Below the pieces are notes generated by a model. It did not search any database. It had not been told where the DNA came from and saw nothing but the letters and a program-made list of their open reading frames with translations. A stretch of 64,000 nt of DNA from an uncultured Alphaproteobacteria bacterium. GTDB lineage: Bacteria > Pseudomonadota > Alphaproteobacteria > Rs-D84. Positions within the stretch are counted from its first letter, which is position 1; each line of letters opens with the position of its first letter. Shown here one piece after another: positions 10,365 to 19,538 of this stretch. The position numbers and the translations under genes were made by a program. The stretch covers positions 1,126 to 65,125 of the forward strand of contig CAKQNS010000005.1 of the NCBI GenBank assembly GCA_934255455.1. Reading direction: 5' to 3'.

Positions 10365-11162
10365 TTAACCGCGAACATATCCGTGGCACAGTGCGCTGGG
10401 ACCACGCAATGTGCGAATTAAATTCAGTGCCGCCGAAATTGCCGGGCGGTTTAATTTGTGATGGCTGATGTCTTCGTAATATTCCATCAATTCGTCGGCA
10501 TTGGCTAATGGATAGTGGCGCAATACCATTATGGTTGCAAATGTTTCATTGCCAACCGCCACGGCGTCCAGGTCAATTATGCGGCTTAAATCACCATCTG
10601 CGGTGGCCAACATATTTTTACTGTGCAAATCGTTATGTATCAAATACTGGGGGCCGCCACGCGACATAGTACGCACGAACAACCAATATGGTAATATTTT
10701 TGTGGTACACAATTTATTACGCAGGTTAGACAGCAAAACATCTGAAAAATATTTTTTTGTGCCTAAATTCAATCCCGACACATCGATTTTGGTCATTTGG
10801 TATTGCACGCGCATTGCGCTGGAAAATATGTGAAACAATTTGCTGGGCACTATATTGGCATTAATGTGTTCAAATACGGTTCTGTCGGGACAATATTGGT
10901 ATGTTTCAAAACAAGCATCCAGATATCGATGCGTTTGTGTGTATGGCGCCGGTACATCGGCAATACGCAAAATCTGACTGATGGTATGATTGCGTTGTAT
11001 CATATCGCAATCGTTAAATTTGAAAACAACGGTTTCGACATTTGTATCAGCCAGAAACACGGGACTGGTCATGCCAGCAACCAGAGGCGTGCGAATATTG
11101 CGCGCATCTGGATACAGATTTTTTATCGCTGAATGATAAAAAATGGTACTATGTTTAATCAT
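10365..11162 (-). CDS. Protein-kinase-like fold phosphotransferase (APH/choline/fructosamine-kinase family)
   Basis: Brenner-type catalytic motif LIHNDLHSKNML, then DLSRIIDLDAV (Mg-binding D). Its start ATG overlaps the upstream gene's stop (TAATG). Confidence 0.6.
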   Translation of the reverse strand: MIKHSTIFYHSAIKNLYPDARNIRTPLVAGMTSPVFLADTNVETVVFKFNDCDMIQRNHTISQILRIADVPAPYTQTHRYLDACFETYQYCPDRTVFEHINANIVPSKLFHIFSSAMRVQYQMTKIDVSGLNLGTKKYFSDVLLSNLRNKLCTTKILPYWLFVRTMSRGGPQYLIHNDLHSKNMLATADGDLSRIIDLDAVAVGNETFATIMVLRHYPLANADELMEYYEDISHHKLNRPAISAALNLIRTLRGPSALCHGYVRG

Positions 11163-11971
11163 TATTTGGTGTGCTGGCTGTTTTTCCACATTGCCCAGCG
11201 ACCAAAATTATTCACACGACCAATTTGTTTGATTAAACCGTGATGCAATGTATCGCCAGTTTGCTTTTCATAATTTGCCATCAATTTGTCGGCATCGCAT
11301 CCCATGTGTCCGTACTGGGTGGCCATAACACCGAATGCATAGTTTTTATTGCACACGGCGGCATCGTCCAAATCGACCAAACCAACAAAGTGGCCACGAT
11401 TAGAAACGATGATGTTTTTCGGTGTGATTCCGCAATGATACAACCCGCGCGCATCACGCGAACCGTGATTCAAAATGCGTACGGCATTTGCAAACAATGG
11501 TGCCGCAATTGGACCGGTCATATCGGATACATTGCTGTATACAACATGCTGGATGTCGCGGAATTTCAAATATTCTGGCACTTCGCCCGCGTGGATATGC
11601 GACATTTTTTCAAATTGACGCAATATTTCGCGATACACTTTCATAACGCGATATTCCGGCATACCGTTTTGAACCGCCTGGAACAGGGTCTGGCCCGGCA
11701 ACATTGGATATATTTCCATCCAGTTGTCGTTATATTCAAAAACCTTGATGGCCGGAACGCTGATGTTATGTTCGCGCATCAGTTCACTGACAATCGCGTT
11801 TTTCATCGCCATATCGCGGTGATTAAATTTGCATATAAATTTACCGCGACTTTCAGATTCCGCGATATATACGCTGTCCAAGCCACCACGAATTTCAGGG
11901 CGGGTGATTTCATACGCATCCGGAATCGCTTGACGAATTGCTGTTGCAAAATAGTATGGTGCAATTTTCAT
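11162..11971 (-). CDS. Kinase-fold paralog with a degenerate catalytic loop (HCG in place of HxD)
   Basis: Similar architecture and length to the adjacent kinase. Its catalytic-loop equivalent reads YHCGITPKNIIV...VGLVDLDDA, with Gly where the catalytic Asp is expected. Confidence 0.5.
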   Translation of the reverse strand: MKIAPYYFATAIRQAIPDAYEITRPEIRGGLDSVYIAESESRGKFICKFNHRDMAMKNAIVSELMREHNISVPAIKVFEYNDNWMEIYPMLPGQTLFQAVQNGMPEYRVMKVYREILRQFEKMSHIHAGEVPEYLKFRDIQHVVYSNVSDMTGPIAAPLFANAVRILNHGSRDARGLYHCGITPKNIIVSNRGHFVGLVDLDDAAVCNKNYAFGVMATQYGHMGCDADKLMANYEKQTGDTLHHGLIKQIGRVNNFGRWAMWKNSQHTK

Positions 11972-12044
11972 AATATTTAGGCTCCTTAAAAGTTGTCAAA
12001 TGTATTTTATGTCAATTTTTTGAAATGTCAAGCAGGTATAAATC

Positions 12045-13125
12045 TTAATCTCGAGACAACGCGGCCAGCATAAAATCATCCAGGTCACCATCTAATACGG
12101 CGGCAGAATCGGTCTTTTCAACACCAGTGCGAACATCTTTGACCAATTGATATGGATACAGAACATAATTTCGAATTTGGCTGCCCCATTCAATTTTCTT
12201 TTGCGCGGCCTTGGCGGCGTCTTCGGCAGCGGCGCGTTTTTGTAATTCTAATTCATACAGGCGCGACCGCAGCATTTTCATGGCCATTTCTTTGTTTTGA
12301 ATCTGGCTGCGTTCATTCTGGCATGTGACAACGGTGTTCGTTGGTATGTGGGTTATGCGAACGGCGCTGTCGGTTTTGTTTACGTGTTGTCCGCCCGCGC
12401 CCGATGAACGATATGTGTCAATGCGCAGGTCTTTTTCATTTATTTCAATTTCAATTGTGTCGTCAACATCCGGCCAAACATCAACCGACGCAAAACTGGT
12501 TTGGCGTTTGCCGTTGGCGTTAAATGGCGAAATACGAACCAGACGATGCACGCCGATTTCATTTTTCAGCCACCCGTACGCGCGGTCGCCACTGATGCGA
12601 TATGTAATGTTTTTTATTCCAGCAGTGTCGCCTTCGTGTTCTTCGATAACCTCGGCCGTGAAACCGTGGCGTTCGGTCCATCGCGCATACATACGCGACA
12701 TCATTTGTGCCCAATCTTGGGCCTCGGTCCCGCCGGCGCCAGCCTGAATGAACAAAAACGCGCCATTATTATCGGCTGGCTCGCGGAACAGGGTAATGAA
12801 TTTTGCCTGGTGCGCGGACGCCCCCAATTTTTCAATTGCCGACAAAACATCGGCATCGTCGGGCGCCATATCGTACAAATCAACCAGGGTTTGATATTCT
12901 GATTCCAAATTGCGTAATTCGGTCAGTTGTTTTTCCAGACCAGATTTTTTTTGCAACAGCGCGCGCGCGGCGTCCGGGTTATTCCATAAATCCGGGTTGT
13001 TTGTTTGTTCGTTTAATTTGGCAATTTCAGATTCCAGTTTATCTGGGTCAAAGAAACCCCCTGACGGCAGAAATGTCGTCGTGGATTTGTGTCAAAGTTT
13101 CATTTGGTATCAACATGCGTTGCAT
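12045..13125 (-). CDS. prfB: Peptide chain release factor 2 with a programmed +1 ribosomal frameshift
   Basis: The 0-frame reads MQRMLIPNETLTQIHDDISAVRGFL then UGA (25 codons, like E. coli). The site AGGGGG TTT CTT TGA C is at 13047..13058. The +1 frame continues DPDKLESEIAKL... through the GGQ motif (SGAGGQHVNKTDSAVRITHIPT). Confidence 0.9.
13047..13058 (-). other. prfB +1 frameshift site (SD-like AGGGGG, then CUU UGA C)
   Basis: Read directly: minus-strand aggggg ttt ctt tga c, with an in-frame UGA. Confidence 0.85.
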
Positions 13126-13233
13126 AGTATCAATTTATTTGCCCAAATCAATATTTTTCTGGTGATGGGGGTAAATCAGTGTTTGCCTTTTAATATCAAA
13201 TATGGTAAAATTTCTACAACGAGAGGGAAATGG

Positions 13234-14478
13234 ATGAATAAAATATTCAGTATTTTTGGCGTACTTGGTGTGGTTTTGTGGGGTGCAAATGCGGGCGCGG
13301 TGTCGGCGGGTACAACAACCGGGAACGGCAATGCGCGATATGTGTCGGTAAACACCACAACGACCAGTGGCGGTCGCGGCAACGCCGGGATTGCAAACGC
13401 GTATAAAACCAATCAACGCAATACTTATTTTATGGTGACACAGCCGGATGTCGATTCCGCATGTCGTGAAAAAATTTATAAATGTTTGGCCGATTATTGT
13501 GGCGATGTGACCGTTGTTCCGGGCCAGCGTCAATCAAAATGCCAATATGCAACGGAAAGTGAACTGTACAATTATGCACTTTTGTGTCTGCAAAAGGACA
13601 CATCGGTGTTGTTGCCACAATACAATACAAACACGCGTACGGGGGGCGGTGGTATGAATACCGCGGCGCGTCTGTGCCCCGCCTATGTGCAACAGGAATT
13701 GTTGTCATACCTGTCAATGTCAAATATGGCAACCCAGTTGTCTAAATCGCATTCTGATTTGTGTATCCAACGCCGTCAAGAGTTAGAGGCCGCCATGGCG
13801 TGCCACTCGGTTGCGTTGGCGTATGGCAACGAAACAACCAGTATGTTGACCACACAGTTGACCGACTATTGCGGTGCTGGCGTCGCGGGGGGCAGTGCCG
13901 AAATGGTGACCCGTTTTGCCAATGCCGGTAATGTTGGTGCAAACATTTGGGGCTGGGCGGAAAAGATTGTTAGTTTGGATTTGAATAAAAAGGGTTCTGA
14001 TTGGCAATCGGCGGTTGATGCTGTTTTGGCGGGCTATACAAACCGTATGAATTTGGCGTGTGGCGATGATTTAATGGTAAATACATCGACCACCACATCC
14101 GGCACATCGTCGGAACCGACCGCATTGCAAACCGCGGCGGCGTTGGCGGTTGGTATGGCGTTCCCGGGCACGGAAACCGAACGCGAAAACCCAAATGAAA
14201 CCCAGCCAGTGTATATGGAAATTACATCTATGTCTGAATTGTGGGATTATTCCACCGCGCACCAGGTTGTCCAGGCCGGACTGTCCAATGCCTCAACAAC
14301 CCAGAACGCGTTTTTAACATCGGCGCAAATGGATAATATGCAATCGGCATATACCCGCGGAACCAAGGCTTTTATTATCCGCGACAGTGCGCGTTGTTAT
14401 GTTGTTCCGGTTGCAACGATGACCAGTGCTGAAACATCATTGTTGGCGCAAATGTTTGCAAATTGCGTCAATAAATAA
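13234..14478 (+). CDS. Secreted cysteine-rich hypothetical protein (paralog family A)
   Basis: SD gagaggg. Signal peptide MNKIFSIFGVLGVVLWGANAGA, Thr/Gly/Asn-rich linker, then SACREKIYKCLADYCGD and further paired Cys. It shares the CRExYxxCxxxxC motif and overall layout with the 838-aa protein at 51563..54079. Confidence 0.7.
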   Translation: MNKIFSIFGVLGVVLWGANAGAVSAGTTTGNGNARYVSVNTTTTSGGRGNAGIANAYKTNQRNTYFMVTQPDVDSACREKIYKCLADYCGDVTVVPGQRQSKCQYATESELYNYALLCLQKDTSVLLPQYNTNTRTGGGGMNTAARLCPAYVQQELLSYLSMSNMATQLSKSHSDLCIQRRQELEAAMACHSVALAYGNETTSMLTTQLTDYCGAGVAGGSAEMVTRFANAGNVGANIWGWAEKIVSLDLNKKGSDWQSAVDAVLAGYTNRMNLACGDDLMVNTSTTTSGTSSEPTALQTAAALAVGMAFPGTETERENPNETQPVYMEITSMSELWDYSTAHQVVQAGLSNASTTQNAFLTSAQMDNMQSAYTRGTKAFIIRDSARCYVVPVATMTSAETSLLAQMFANCVNK

Positions 14479-14493
14479 TTGTTGATGTATAAA

Positions 14494-14519
14494 AAAAACC
14501 GCCATTTGGCGGTTTTTTT
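14494..14519 (+). terminator. Rho-independent terminator (aaaaaaaaccgccatttggcggttttttt)
   Basis: Perfect hairpin ccgcc-attt-ggcgg flanked by A and T runs. Confidence 0.6.
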
Positions 14520-14571
14520 ATTGTGTTATTCCTTGAATATATATGTGTTTTTTGGTATAATTCGGGGCGAC

Positions 14572-15762
14572 ATGAAAATATCAAGACGCGGTTTTTTACA
14601 GGTCAGTTCATTTGCAATTATGGCGGGAATTTGTATGCCACGCGTGGCATTCGCGGCGCGCAATTCATTAAAATCGGTACGCACCGGCGCGCAGCCCGGT
14701 GGCAAAACGCGTTTGGTTATTGAAATGGCGGCACGGCCATCATATTCGTTGGCGTATGGGCCAAATCAATTGATTGTATCATTAAATAATACCGGGGCGA
14801 ATTCGTCATTGGCGCCCAAAATGGCCAGTGGCACATTGGTAAAATCTATCACCCAGGCCCAGGTTTCTGACCGCGTACAAATAATCGCAAATTTAACCAA
14901 TCAAATTGATGAGATTCAAAAAAGCCAGATAATGATTCTGGAACCCAACGGCGACAGCGGTTATCGTTTGGTCCTGGATTTTGCGGCTGGCACGGGCGCG
15001 GGTGTAAAAACAGCCGCCGCGGCCACAACCGGGGGTGGAAATTCAAACACGAAATCAACCACGCAATCGCAAACACCCGCCGGGAAAAAATATGTTATTG
15101 TGATTGACGCCGGCCACGGGGGCAAGGACCCCGGTTGCATTGGTAAAAACGGGACCAAGGAAAAGACGGTTGTTTTGTCGGTGGCACGCAAATTGCGCAA
15201 TCAATTGGATTCAAACGGTTTCAAAACATATCTGACGCGTGGCGATGACACGTACTTGAAATTGGCCGAACGCGCCGCAATTGCCGAGAAGCGCAAGGCT
15301 GATTTATTCATATCATTGCATGCTAATGCGAACCCTAATCGCGATATGCGTGGATTTTCGGTATATACATTATCGGAAAAGGCATCGGACGAGGAAGCTA
15401 AAAAATTGGCCGAGGCCGAAAATGCCGCTGACAAAATCGGGGTCGAGGGGTTCACCGATTTTGAACCGAATATTCGCAGCGCTTTGTCCGCATTACAACA
15501 ACACGCCGTTGCCGAAATGTCCGAAGAATATGCGGGCGGTGCATCACGCGCGTTCCGTAATGCCAAAATAGAACAACAACGCGGCCCCGATGTGCGTCAT
15601 GCGCCGTTTGCGGTGTTGCGTTCAACCGTGCCGGGGGCCCTGATTGAATTGGGGCATCTGTCCAACGCGGGCGAAGAAAAATTGTTAAAATCTGACGCGC
15701 ACCAAAACAAATTGGTCGCGGCGATTGTGAAATCTGTAAAAAATTATAATTTTGATGTCTAA
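14572..15762 (+). CDS. amiC: N-acetylmuramoyl-L-alanine amidase (AmiC-like) with Tat signal and AMIN domain
   Basis: Twin-arginine signal MKISRRGFLQV, then the Amidase_3 block YVIVIDAGHGGKDPGCIGKNGTKEK...ADLFISLHANA. Confidence 0.8.
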   Translation: MKISRRGFLQVSSFAIMAGICMPRVAFAARNSLKSVRTGAQPGGKTRLVIEMAARPSYSLAYGPNQLIVSLNNTGANSSLAPKMASGTLVKSITQAQVSDRVQIIANLTNQIDEIQKSQIMILEPNGDSGYRLVLDFAAGTGAGVKTAAAATTGGGNSNTKSTTQSQTPAGKKYVIVIDAGHGGKDPGCIGKNGTKEKTVVLSVARKLRNQLDSNGFKTYLTRGDDTYLKLAERAAIAEKRKADLFISLHANANPNRDMRGFSVYTLSEKASDEEAKKLAEAENAADKIGVEGFTDFEPNIRSALSALQQHAVAEMSEEYAGGASRAFRNAKIEQQRGPDVRHAPFAVLRSTVPGALIELGHLSNAGEEKLLKSDAHQNKLVAAIVKSVKNYNFDV

Positions 15763-15961
15763 ATATAAACCGTTATGGGTATATTTGTCGAAATGTCCCG
15801 ATGTGCGCGTCACGCTGGGGTTTGACCAGGTTGCCGAAATCACAGGATTCAAATTTGACCATGCATTTTTGACATTCAAACGCGAATTGACCGCGTATGG
15901 GTGGCGGTTTGAAAAATTATCACTGAAAAACCAGACCGTATCATTTGTTCGTAATCAATAG
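15755..15961 (+). CDS. Small hypothetical protein (68 aa)
   Basis: ATG embedded in the amiC stop region (gATGtcTAA). No recognised motif. Confidence 0.35.
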   Translation: MSKYKPLWVYLSKCPDVRVTLGFDQVAEITGFKFDHAFLTFKRELTAYGWRFEKLSLKNQTVSFVRNQ

Positions 15962-16012
15962 AATATAAATACTTGCATTGTAAAACAAAAACTGTATAAT
16001 ATCGGCCGTTGC

Positions 16013-16102
16013 GGAGAAGTGGCAGAGTGGTCGAATGCGCGCGACTCGAAATCGTGTATACGGGCAACCGTATCGGGGGTTCAAATCCCTCCTTCTCCGC
16101 CA
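16013..16102 (+). tRNA. tRNA-Ser (anticodon CGA), long variable arm
   Basis: GGAGAAG-TG-GCAGAGTGGTCGAATGC...CTCGAAA loop...variable arm...GGTTCAAATCC...CTTCTCC-G-CCA. Confidence 0.85.
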
Positions 16103-16118
16103 GAAAGATTTATTTCCC

Positions 16119-16463
16119 ATGAAAACATTTAATGAACAGGTTTATGATGTCGTTGCACGCATCCCGTCGGGACGTGTGGCAACATACGGTCAAATTGCGG
16201 CAATGATTGGTCGTCCGCGTATGGCGCGGTTTGTGGGTTATGCATCAAATAATAAAAACAGTTGGCATCTGCCGTGGCATCGCGTTGTGTTCAAAGACGG
16301 CGGCCTGTGCGGTGAACCATATCACGATGAACAATATAAATCCCTGCGTGCCGAGGGGGTAAAATTCACCCCTGACAAACGCGTCATAATGGAACAATAC
16401 CAATGGAATCCCGACCGCGATGGTGTGCCGTTGGACATTCGCGATTTTCCATTGGTATTTTAA
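16119..16463 (+). CDS. Alkyltransferase-like protein (ATL; MGMT-family DNA-binding domain with Trp in place of the active-site Cys)
   Basis: MGMT C-terminal domain motifs IPSGRVATYGQIAAMIGRPRMARFVG, and HLPWHRVV instead of PCHRV. Confidence 0.7.
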   Translation: MKTFNEQVYDVVARIPSGRVATYGQIAAMIGRPRMARFVGYASNNKNSWHLPWHRVVFKDGGLCGEPYHDEQYKSLRAEGVKFTPDKRVIMEQYQWNPDRDGVPLDIRDFPLVF

Positions 16464-16470
16464 TTTTTCT

Positions 16471-17127
16471 TTATTTCCGTGGCAATTTTTTGAATGTCAA
16501 AAACCATGCCTGTACATCTTGATTTTTATCCGCTCGCCGCATCCGCGCGTCCATTTCGGTGGTGGTTGCTGGCGACGACACCACAACATCATCGCCCGGC
16601 ACCCAGTTTGCCGGGGTTGATACATGGTATTTATCGGTGGTCTGTAATGCCACCAATGCGCGGAGAATTTCGGCAAAATTGCGTCCGACCGACGGTGGAT
16701 AATATAAAATAGTGCGGATTTTCGCATTGGGGTCTATGATAAACACCGCGCGTACGGTTTTTGTGTCGGTGGCATGCGGATGTATCATTCCGTATTTGTT
16801 CGCTATTTCCATTGTCATATCGTCAATAATCGGGAAAGTAATATTGATGTCATGCAAATCGCCAAAGCTCAGGTGGCGTATCGCCTCTATCCAGGCCAAA
16901 TGCCCCGTCAGTGTCCCGACCGACAATCCGATGATTTCGGTATTTAATTTTCGGAATTCTTCAATCATCGATTGAAATACCATAAATTCAGTTGTGCAAA
17001 CAGGGGTGAAATCCGCCGGGTGCGAAAATAAAATTACCCATTTTCCGGCATAATCAGTGGGAAAATTCACTGTGCCATTTGTGGTTTGTGCGGTAAACGC
17101 CGGCGCCGTATCCCCAATCAGTGGCAT
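16471..17127 (-). CDS. 1-Cys peroxiredoxin (Prx6 subfamily)
   Basis: MPLIGDTAPAF...WVILFSHPADFTPVCTTEF. The upstream in-frame extension (MELNMHDFIHDCQCHHTEGTE) is probably not translated. Confidence 0.8.
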   Translation of the reverse strand: MPLIGDTAPAFTAQTTNGTVNFPTDYAGKWVILFSHPADFTPVCTTEFMVFQSMIEEFRKLNTEIIGLSVGTLTGHLAWIEAIRHLSFGDLHDINITFPIIDDMTMEIANKYGMIHPHATDTKTVRAVFIIDPNAKIRTILYYPPSVGRNFAEILRALVALQTTDKYHVSTPANWVPGDDVVVSSPATTTEMDARMRRADKNQDVQAWFLTFKKLPRK

Positions 17128-17336
17128 GTGTGGCATTTCCGTGCCTTCTGTGTGGTGACATTGGCAATCATGAATAAAATCGTGCATATTTAACTCCATT
17201 GGTTATACAGATTAAATGGTATCATGCGGGGACGTTTCAGGCACCAAGAACCTTTTCACATATAAAAAAACTTTACTCTTGATAAAATGTGCTATGATAT
17301 AAATAATATATAATGGAAAAAGAAAAGGAAAAGTAA

Positions 17337-17615
17337 ATGAAACGTTCTGATATTGTTCGCACTATCCAGGTTCAATTCAAGCACATGCGCCCGACCGATG
17401 CCGCGGCGATTCTGGATACTGTGGCCGATCACATGATTGAATCTATTGCCGCCGGAAATCGCATAGAGGTTCGCGGTTTCGGCACATTCCAACCACGCGC
17501 CCGCGCGACCAAGGTTGGATATAACCCGTGCACGGGTAAACCAATGCCGTTGCCGGCCAGCACGACCATATTGTTCAAACCCAGTCGTGAATTGACCAAG
17601 AAAATGAATGGATAA
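17337..17615 (+). CDS. ihfB: Integration host factor / HU-family DNA-binding protein (IHF beta-like)
   Basis: RGFGTFQPRARATKVGYNPCTGKPMPLPASTTILFKPS matches the IHF/HU arm. Confidence 0.75.
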   Translation: MKRSDIVRTIQVQFKHMRPTDAAAILDTVADHMIESIAAGNRIEVRGFGTFQPRARATKVGYNPCTGKPMPLPASTTILFKPSRELTKKMNG

Positions 17616-17618
17616 AAA

Positions 17619-19358
17619 ATGTTGTTTGGTAAAAAATCCGGAATAAAAAACGACGACCGCGCCCGATATGACAAGGTGCGCCGTTTAATGTGGATTAAAT
17701 GTGAATCTTGCGGTCGATTGGTTTATTACAAGGACTACAAGGATAACCTGTATATTTGTCCGCGCTGTGGTCGTGCGTTTATTATGACCCCAAAACAGCG
17801 TTTGGATTTGTTGTTTGATAATAATGATTGGACACGTCTGGATTTACCGACCGTGTCGGACGACCCGCTGAACTTTGTTGATCGTATGCCATATCGTGAC
17901 AGATTAATCGAGGCCCGCAGTGACAACGGCAATCACGACGCGGTTGTTGCGGCCGACGGTGTGTTGGGCGGAATTCCAACGACCATTTGCATATTGAATG
18001 GCGATTTTATGATGGGCTCGATGGGGCGTGCGGCCGGCGATGGAATTATTGCCAGTATGGAACACGCGATTGAATCACGTCGTCCGTTTGTTATGGTCGT
18101 GGCGTCTGGTGGTGCCCGTATGCAGGAAAACATTTTGTCGCTAATGCAAATGGCGCGTACAACGGTTGCGGTAAATCGTCTGCATGCGAATGGTATTCCG
18201 TACATTGTGCTGTTGACCGACCCAACATTTGGTGGGGTGACGGCATCTTTTGCAATGTTGGGCGACATTCATATCGCGGAAAGTGGCGCACGTATTGGCT
18301 TTGCCGGTCGTCGCGTAATTGAACAAAATATTCGCGAAAAATTACCGTCCAGTTTCCAGACCGCTGAATATTTGTATGAACATGGTATGGTTGATATGGT
18401 TGTGCCGCGTGATGAATTGCACGATGTGCTGGCACGCGTATTGGCGGTTTTAACAAAACAACCACGTGAACCAAAACCAATAAATGTATCAACCCCATTG
18501 AGTGATAATAAAAAAATTCGCGGCATGGGCGAAACCGACGCGTATGACAAGGTTTTGTTGGCGCGTAATGAAAATCGCCCGCATTTTTTGGACTATATCA
18601 ATGGCATTGTTGACGATTGGACATATCTGGCGGGCGACCGTCTGTATGCCGAAGATCCCGCCATGGGCAGCGGAATTGGTTATTGGCGCGGCATTCCGGC
18701 CGTTATTATTGGCCAGGAACAGGGCCGCACCATTGAAACCCGTCAAAAACACCGCTTTGGTATGGCGAATCCCGATGGTTATCGCAAGGCCCAGCGTATG
18801 ATGCGTCTGGCGGAAAAATTTAATTTACCACTGATTTCATTGTTTGATACCGCGGGCGCATTTGCTGGTCGCGAGGGCGAAGAACGCGGTCAATCCCAGG
18901 CGGTTGCGATGTCTATGTCGGTGGGGCTGTCCATTAAAACGCCGTATGTGGCCGTCAACGTGGGCCAGGGCGGATCTGGTGGTGCAATCGCAATCGGTAC
19001 GGCCGATCGTGTGCTGATGATGGAAAATGCGATTTATTCGGTAATTGCGCCTGAATCATGCGCCAGCATTTTGTGGAAAGACAATAAATTCAAGGCCATC
19101 GCCGCCCAGGCAATGAAATTGACCGCGCGCGATATGGCGGATTTGAATGTTATTGATGGCATTATTGACGAGCCTGCCGGCGGTGCACACACCGATTGGC
19201 AAACGACAATGGAATTGTTGTCGTCGGTCGTTGCCGAAAATATCCGTGAATTGCAAGAAATCCCCGCATCGGAATTGCCGACGCGCCGGGCTGAAAAGTT
19301 TATGGCAATGACGCGCGATGTTGAAATATATGGCCCCGAACATCCGTCGGAACACTAG
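17619..19358 (+). CDS. accDA: Acetyl-CoA carboxylase carboxyltransferase, fused beta (AccD) and alpha (AccA) subunits
   Basis: N-terminal AccD zinc ribbon CESCGRLVYYKDYKDNLYICPRCGRAF plus CoA-carboxylase beta motifs. C-terminal AccA region (LISLFDTAGAFAGREGEERGQSQAVAMSM...GQGGSGGAIAIG) is in a single 579-aa ORF. Confidence 0.8.
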   Translation: MLFGKKSGIKNDDRARYDKVRRLMWIKCESCGRLVYYKDYKDNLYICPRCGRAFIMTPKQRLDLLFDNNDWTRLDLPTVSDDPLNFVDRMPYRDRLIEARSDNGNHDAVVAADGVLGGIPTTICILNGDFMMGSMGRAAGDGIIASMEHAIESRRPFVMVVASGGARMQENILSLMQMARTTVAVNRLHANGIPYIVLLTDPTFGGVTASFAMLGDIHIAESGARIGFAGRRVIEQNIREKLPSSFQTAEYLYEHGMVDMVVPRDELHDVLARVLAVLTKQPREPKPINVSTPLSDNKKIRGMGETDAYDKVLLARNENRPHFLDYINGIVDDWTYLAGDRLYAEDPAMGSGIGYWRGIPAVIIGQEQGRTIETRQKHRFGMANPDGYRKAQRMMRLAEKFNLPLISLFDTAGAFAGREGEERGQSQAVAMSMSVGLSIKTPYVAVNVGQGGSGGAIAIGTADRVLMMENAIYSVIAPESCASILWKDNKFKAIAAQAMKLTARDMADLNVIDGIIDEPAGGAHTDWQTTMELLSSVVAENIRELQEIPASELPTRRAEKFMAMTRDVEIYGPEHPSEH

Positions 19359-19366
19359 TAATCAAA

Positions 19367-19392
19367 TGCCCCACATGTGTGGGGCATTTTTA
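19367..19392 (+). terminator. Rho-independent terminator (gccccacatgtgtggggc plus T-run)
   Basis: Perfect palindromic hairpin followed by attttta. Confidence 0.6.
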
Positions 19393-19450
19393 TAATTTTC
19401 ACACTTGCAATCGGGAAACAGTTTCTGTATAATACCCACCGCAACTATGC

Positions 19451-19538
19451 GGAGCGTTGGCAGAGTGGTAATGCAGCAGATTGCTAATCTGTGACCGCGT
19501 TTAGTGGTCCATAGGTTCGAGTCCTATACGCTCCGCCA
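19451..19538 (+). tRNA. tRNA-Ser (anticodon GCU)
   Basis: GGAGCGT-TG-GCAGAGTGGTAATGC-AGCAGA-TTGCTAA-TCTGT-variable arm-GGTTCGAGTCC-ACGCTCC-G-CCA. Confidence 0.85.

Noticed and set aside
12910-13233. N-terminal 108 codons of the 522-aa track ORF
   Set aside because: This stretch overlaps the prfB leader and frameshift region on the other strand. The ATG at 13234 has a good SD and a clean signal peptide and is the plausible start.
16035-16118. 5' extension of the ATL ORF
   Set aside because: The extension starts inside tRNA-Ser(CGA). The real start is the ATG at 16119.
17128-17199. His/Cys-rich N-terminal extension (MELNMHDFIHDCQCHHTEGTE) on the peroxiredoxin ORF
   Set aside because: Prx6-type enzymes start at the MPLIGD-like Met, so the extension is most likely untranslated 5' sequence. 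A metal-binding leader cannot be excluded without experimental data.
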